A DNA stretch of 63,924 nucleotides, the filler included, from Craspedostauros australis (Eukaryota), in the NCBI GenBank assembly GCA_030167865.1. It is 9 parts of 9 records of this genome, joined end to end, with 100 filler letters (N's around TTAATTAATTAA, not from the genome) between each part and the next. Parts side by side here need not be neighbours in the genome. Positions count along the whole stretch, not along the records: positions 61,226 to 62,680 come from JALAGF010002131.1; positions 62,781 to 63,924 come from JALAGF010002134.1; 7 more parts are not named here. One strand, given 5' to 3'. Made by a program: the position numbers and the translations under genes. Shown in pieces: positions 61,718 to 63,924 of this stretch. Position 1 is the first letter of the stretch; every line of letters begins with the position of its first letter. The notes under the pieces are model-generated. The model was given only the letters and a program-made list of their open reading frames with translations, did no database searches and had not been told where the DNA came from.

Positions 61718-62355
61718 GTAGATTGATACCAACTGCACCACTCCAAGCACACTCCCAAGAGTACGGTCATGGAGCCTGCAGTGCTAGATCCGTCTGGAAG
61801 TTATCGAAATCTACGGATGCTGATACCACGCAGTACTGCGTCGGACGAGACTGCACAGTATGCATCGCCTTGTGCAGTATTATGCATATCGATGTATTGC
61901 ACCGGCCGTTTTCAGAGATCCAATCAACTGGACAACTCCAAGCGCACTCCAAAGAGTACGGTCATCGAGTTTGAAGTCCTAGATCCGTTTAGAAGGGATC
62001 CAATTCTACGGATGCTGATACCAAGTAGTACGGAACGGTACGCATCGCGCTGTACAACGTTCTGAGCATGTGTGCATACAAAATGTCAATCATACTCCAA
62101 TCCAACACTTCGATGCCTCCGAATCTCCTCCAAAGTGTACGAATATTGAGTTCAAAGTGATAGATCCATGTGGGAAGGACTTAAATCTACAGATCAAGAT
62201 GTCGTTTGATGTGTAGCTCACAGTACTGCCACACACAAGACGCCATGATATCCAGATCCATCGGTATGAGTACCTTCCAGAAGGACCCAAGACCTCAAAC
62301 TTCGTGGCTGTACCCCATGGAGTGTGTTTGGAGTGGTGGGGTTGTTACAATCAAG
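61718..62355. repeat. Degenerate ~180-195-bp repeat: three direct copies and one inverted copy
   Basis: CTCCAAGC.CACTCC.AAGAGTACGGTCAT..TAGATCCGT..TCTACGGATGCTGATACCA at 61741 and 61936, weaker at 62117; reverse-complement copy at about 62240-62355. Confidence 0.7.
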
Positions 62356-62780
62356 TATGCTTGACTTTTTGTATGCACATATGACCAACACAGTACACAC
62401 AGTGACCGAACGGTATCGCAGGAATGGACTACATGTAGTCTGAAACTCCTTGCNNNNNNNNNNNNNNNNNNNNNNNNNNNGTACATGCCAATGGCGATGT
62501 CAGCATGCAATCGATAATAGCTGATTCGACCCTCTGCTCAACAGGATTCATCGACAACATCATAAACTAGAGTACTCTACGCTGTCCAACAGGGACATGG
62601 TTGATGTGTACACTTCGTGGCTAAACTAACATTTTCAATGCTGTCGCAGTGATACGCCGACCATTTCAGTCATCCAATCANNNNNNNNNNNNNNNNNNNN
62701 NNNNNNNNNNNNNNNNNNNNNNNNTTAATTAATTAANNNNNNNNNNNNNNNNNNNNNNNNNNNNNNNNNNNNNNNNNNNN

Positions 62781-63924
62781 ACGCCTCATGTGCGATTACC
62801 ATTGCACTTGACGGCAAGCAGGCGATGTTGCAGGCCCAAGAGGATGGACTACGCCCGGGCCAACACGACTGGGATGTCCTGACTGAGATTTGAGAGCTGC
62901 GGCACAGGATTCTGGCGATACTGCACTGGAAGTGGGTGAAAGGCCACCAGGATGACACTGGCAAGCAACTGACAACGCTGGAGAAACTCAATGTTGTAGT
63001 TGACGACCACGCCAAGCAGTTCGGGAGCCTGACAGAGAACCGACGTCGGGTGAAAAGGTGGCACACGTCTACAAACAGATGGAGGTTACGTCTCCGCAAC
63101 GCCGACTACTCGCATGTGGACGCGAAGGAGCTCCACGAGCTGCTGCAGTCTGCTGACGCAGCTACCTATTGGGCATCAAAGTTCCAGTGGGACGAAGATC
63201 AACTGACACAGGTGGACTGGTACACATACAAGAAGACACGCGCGGCCAAGAAGAACAAAGAGGTGGCAAAGTTCATCTCGAAGTGGTCATCAGGCTTCGT
63301 CGGAGTCAACAAGAAGCTGCACCAGGTTGGTCAGCGAGAGACGCTGAAGTGTCAGTTCTGCCAGCAGGACGAGACGACAATGCATGTGCTCCGCTGTAGC
63401 GAACACCAGGAAGCCTGGCAGACCTCTACGTCAGAACTTCTCGACCGCATGGTGCGGATTGGCACATGTCCGCGACTGGTGCAAAATATGAGAGTGGGGC
63501 TGGTGAAATGGAGGCGAAAGCTCCGAGTGGACGGGCCGCAAAGTTACATCGGTTGGTACCCCCTCCTGCTTGGTTTCATCCATAGGGATTAGGTCCGCCA
63601 GCAGACACAGTGGATGATGACGAACGAGTGCATANATCCAGACGCGAGAGCGTGGGCGCGAGAGATGGTGCGGTGGATCTGGAAAGTACCGTGGACGGTT
63701 TGGATTGCCAGNAACGAAAAAGTACATGACGCNGATCAGCATCCGACGATGAAGGACCTGCGCCGACAGGTGCAACGGATGCAACAGAGCGCGAGCAGCG
63801 ACATGACGGCATCGGAGCTTCACCTGCTCAGGGATGGCCAGAATATTGAGTATGATACCGAGCTGCAAATGCAGCAGCGGGTGCACTCTATGACGGCGGT
63901 ACAAGTGGCAGTGAAGGCCAGACG
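62781..63924 (+). mobile_element. 3' part of an Ambal-like LINE ORF2: RNase H and CCHC zinc knuckle
   Basis: WKWVKGHQDD..EKLN..D..AK, CQFCQQDETTMHVLRC, QSYIGW..GF, IW..W..W..N; TAG at 63590. Confidence 0.8.

Overview
Eukaryotic draft-assembly sequence, most likely a pennate diatom. This is inferred from the GC/PDE fusion, the plastid-targeting SP+AF motif, CoDi-like Copia, Ambal-like LINE remnants and GT-AG introns. Eight N-gaps each carry an artificial TTAATTAATTAA linker, so adjacency across them is unverified. Host genes: NOPCHAP1/DUF4598-like, eIF2B-delta, a plastid-targeted unknown, a sulfotransferase-like protein, an RNA-dependent RNA polymerase (DLDGD), a RING-H2 protein, an AAA_16/STAND ATPase (truncated at a gap), a class C GPCR, a receptor-type cyclase-phosphodiesterase fusion, a double-SET protein with signal peptide and HDEL, and LIS1. 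There is also an MGDG-synthase pseudogene. Mobile DNA: three LINE remnants, a two-ORF PIF/Harbinger element with open ORFs, a degenerate Copia and a foldback-like repeat. Most notable: (1) a 206-bp insertion with a 5-bp TSD carrying an internal tRNA-like Pol III cassette, which precisely splits a LINE endonuclease; (2) the Harbinger element with a 7x20-bp array of palindromes near its putative end; (3) the ER-lumenal tandem SET protein; (4) a compact RDR. All calls come from reading motifs by eye; no searches were run.
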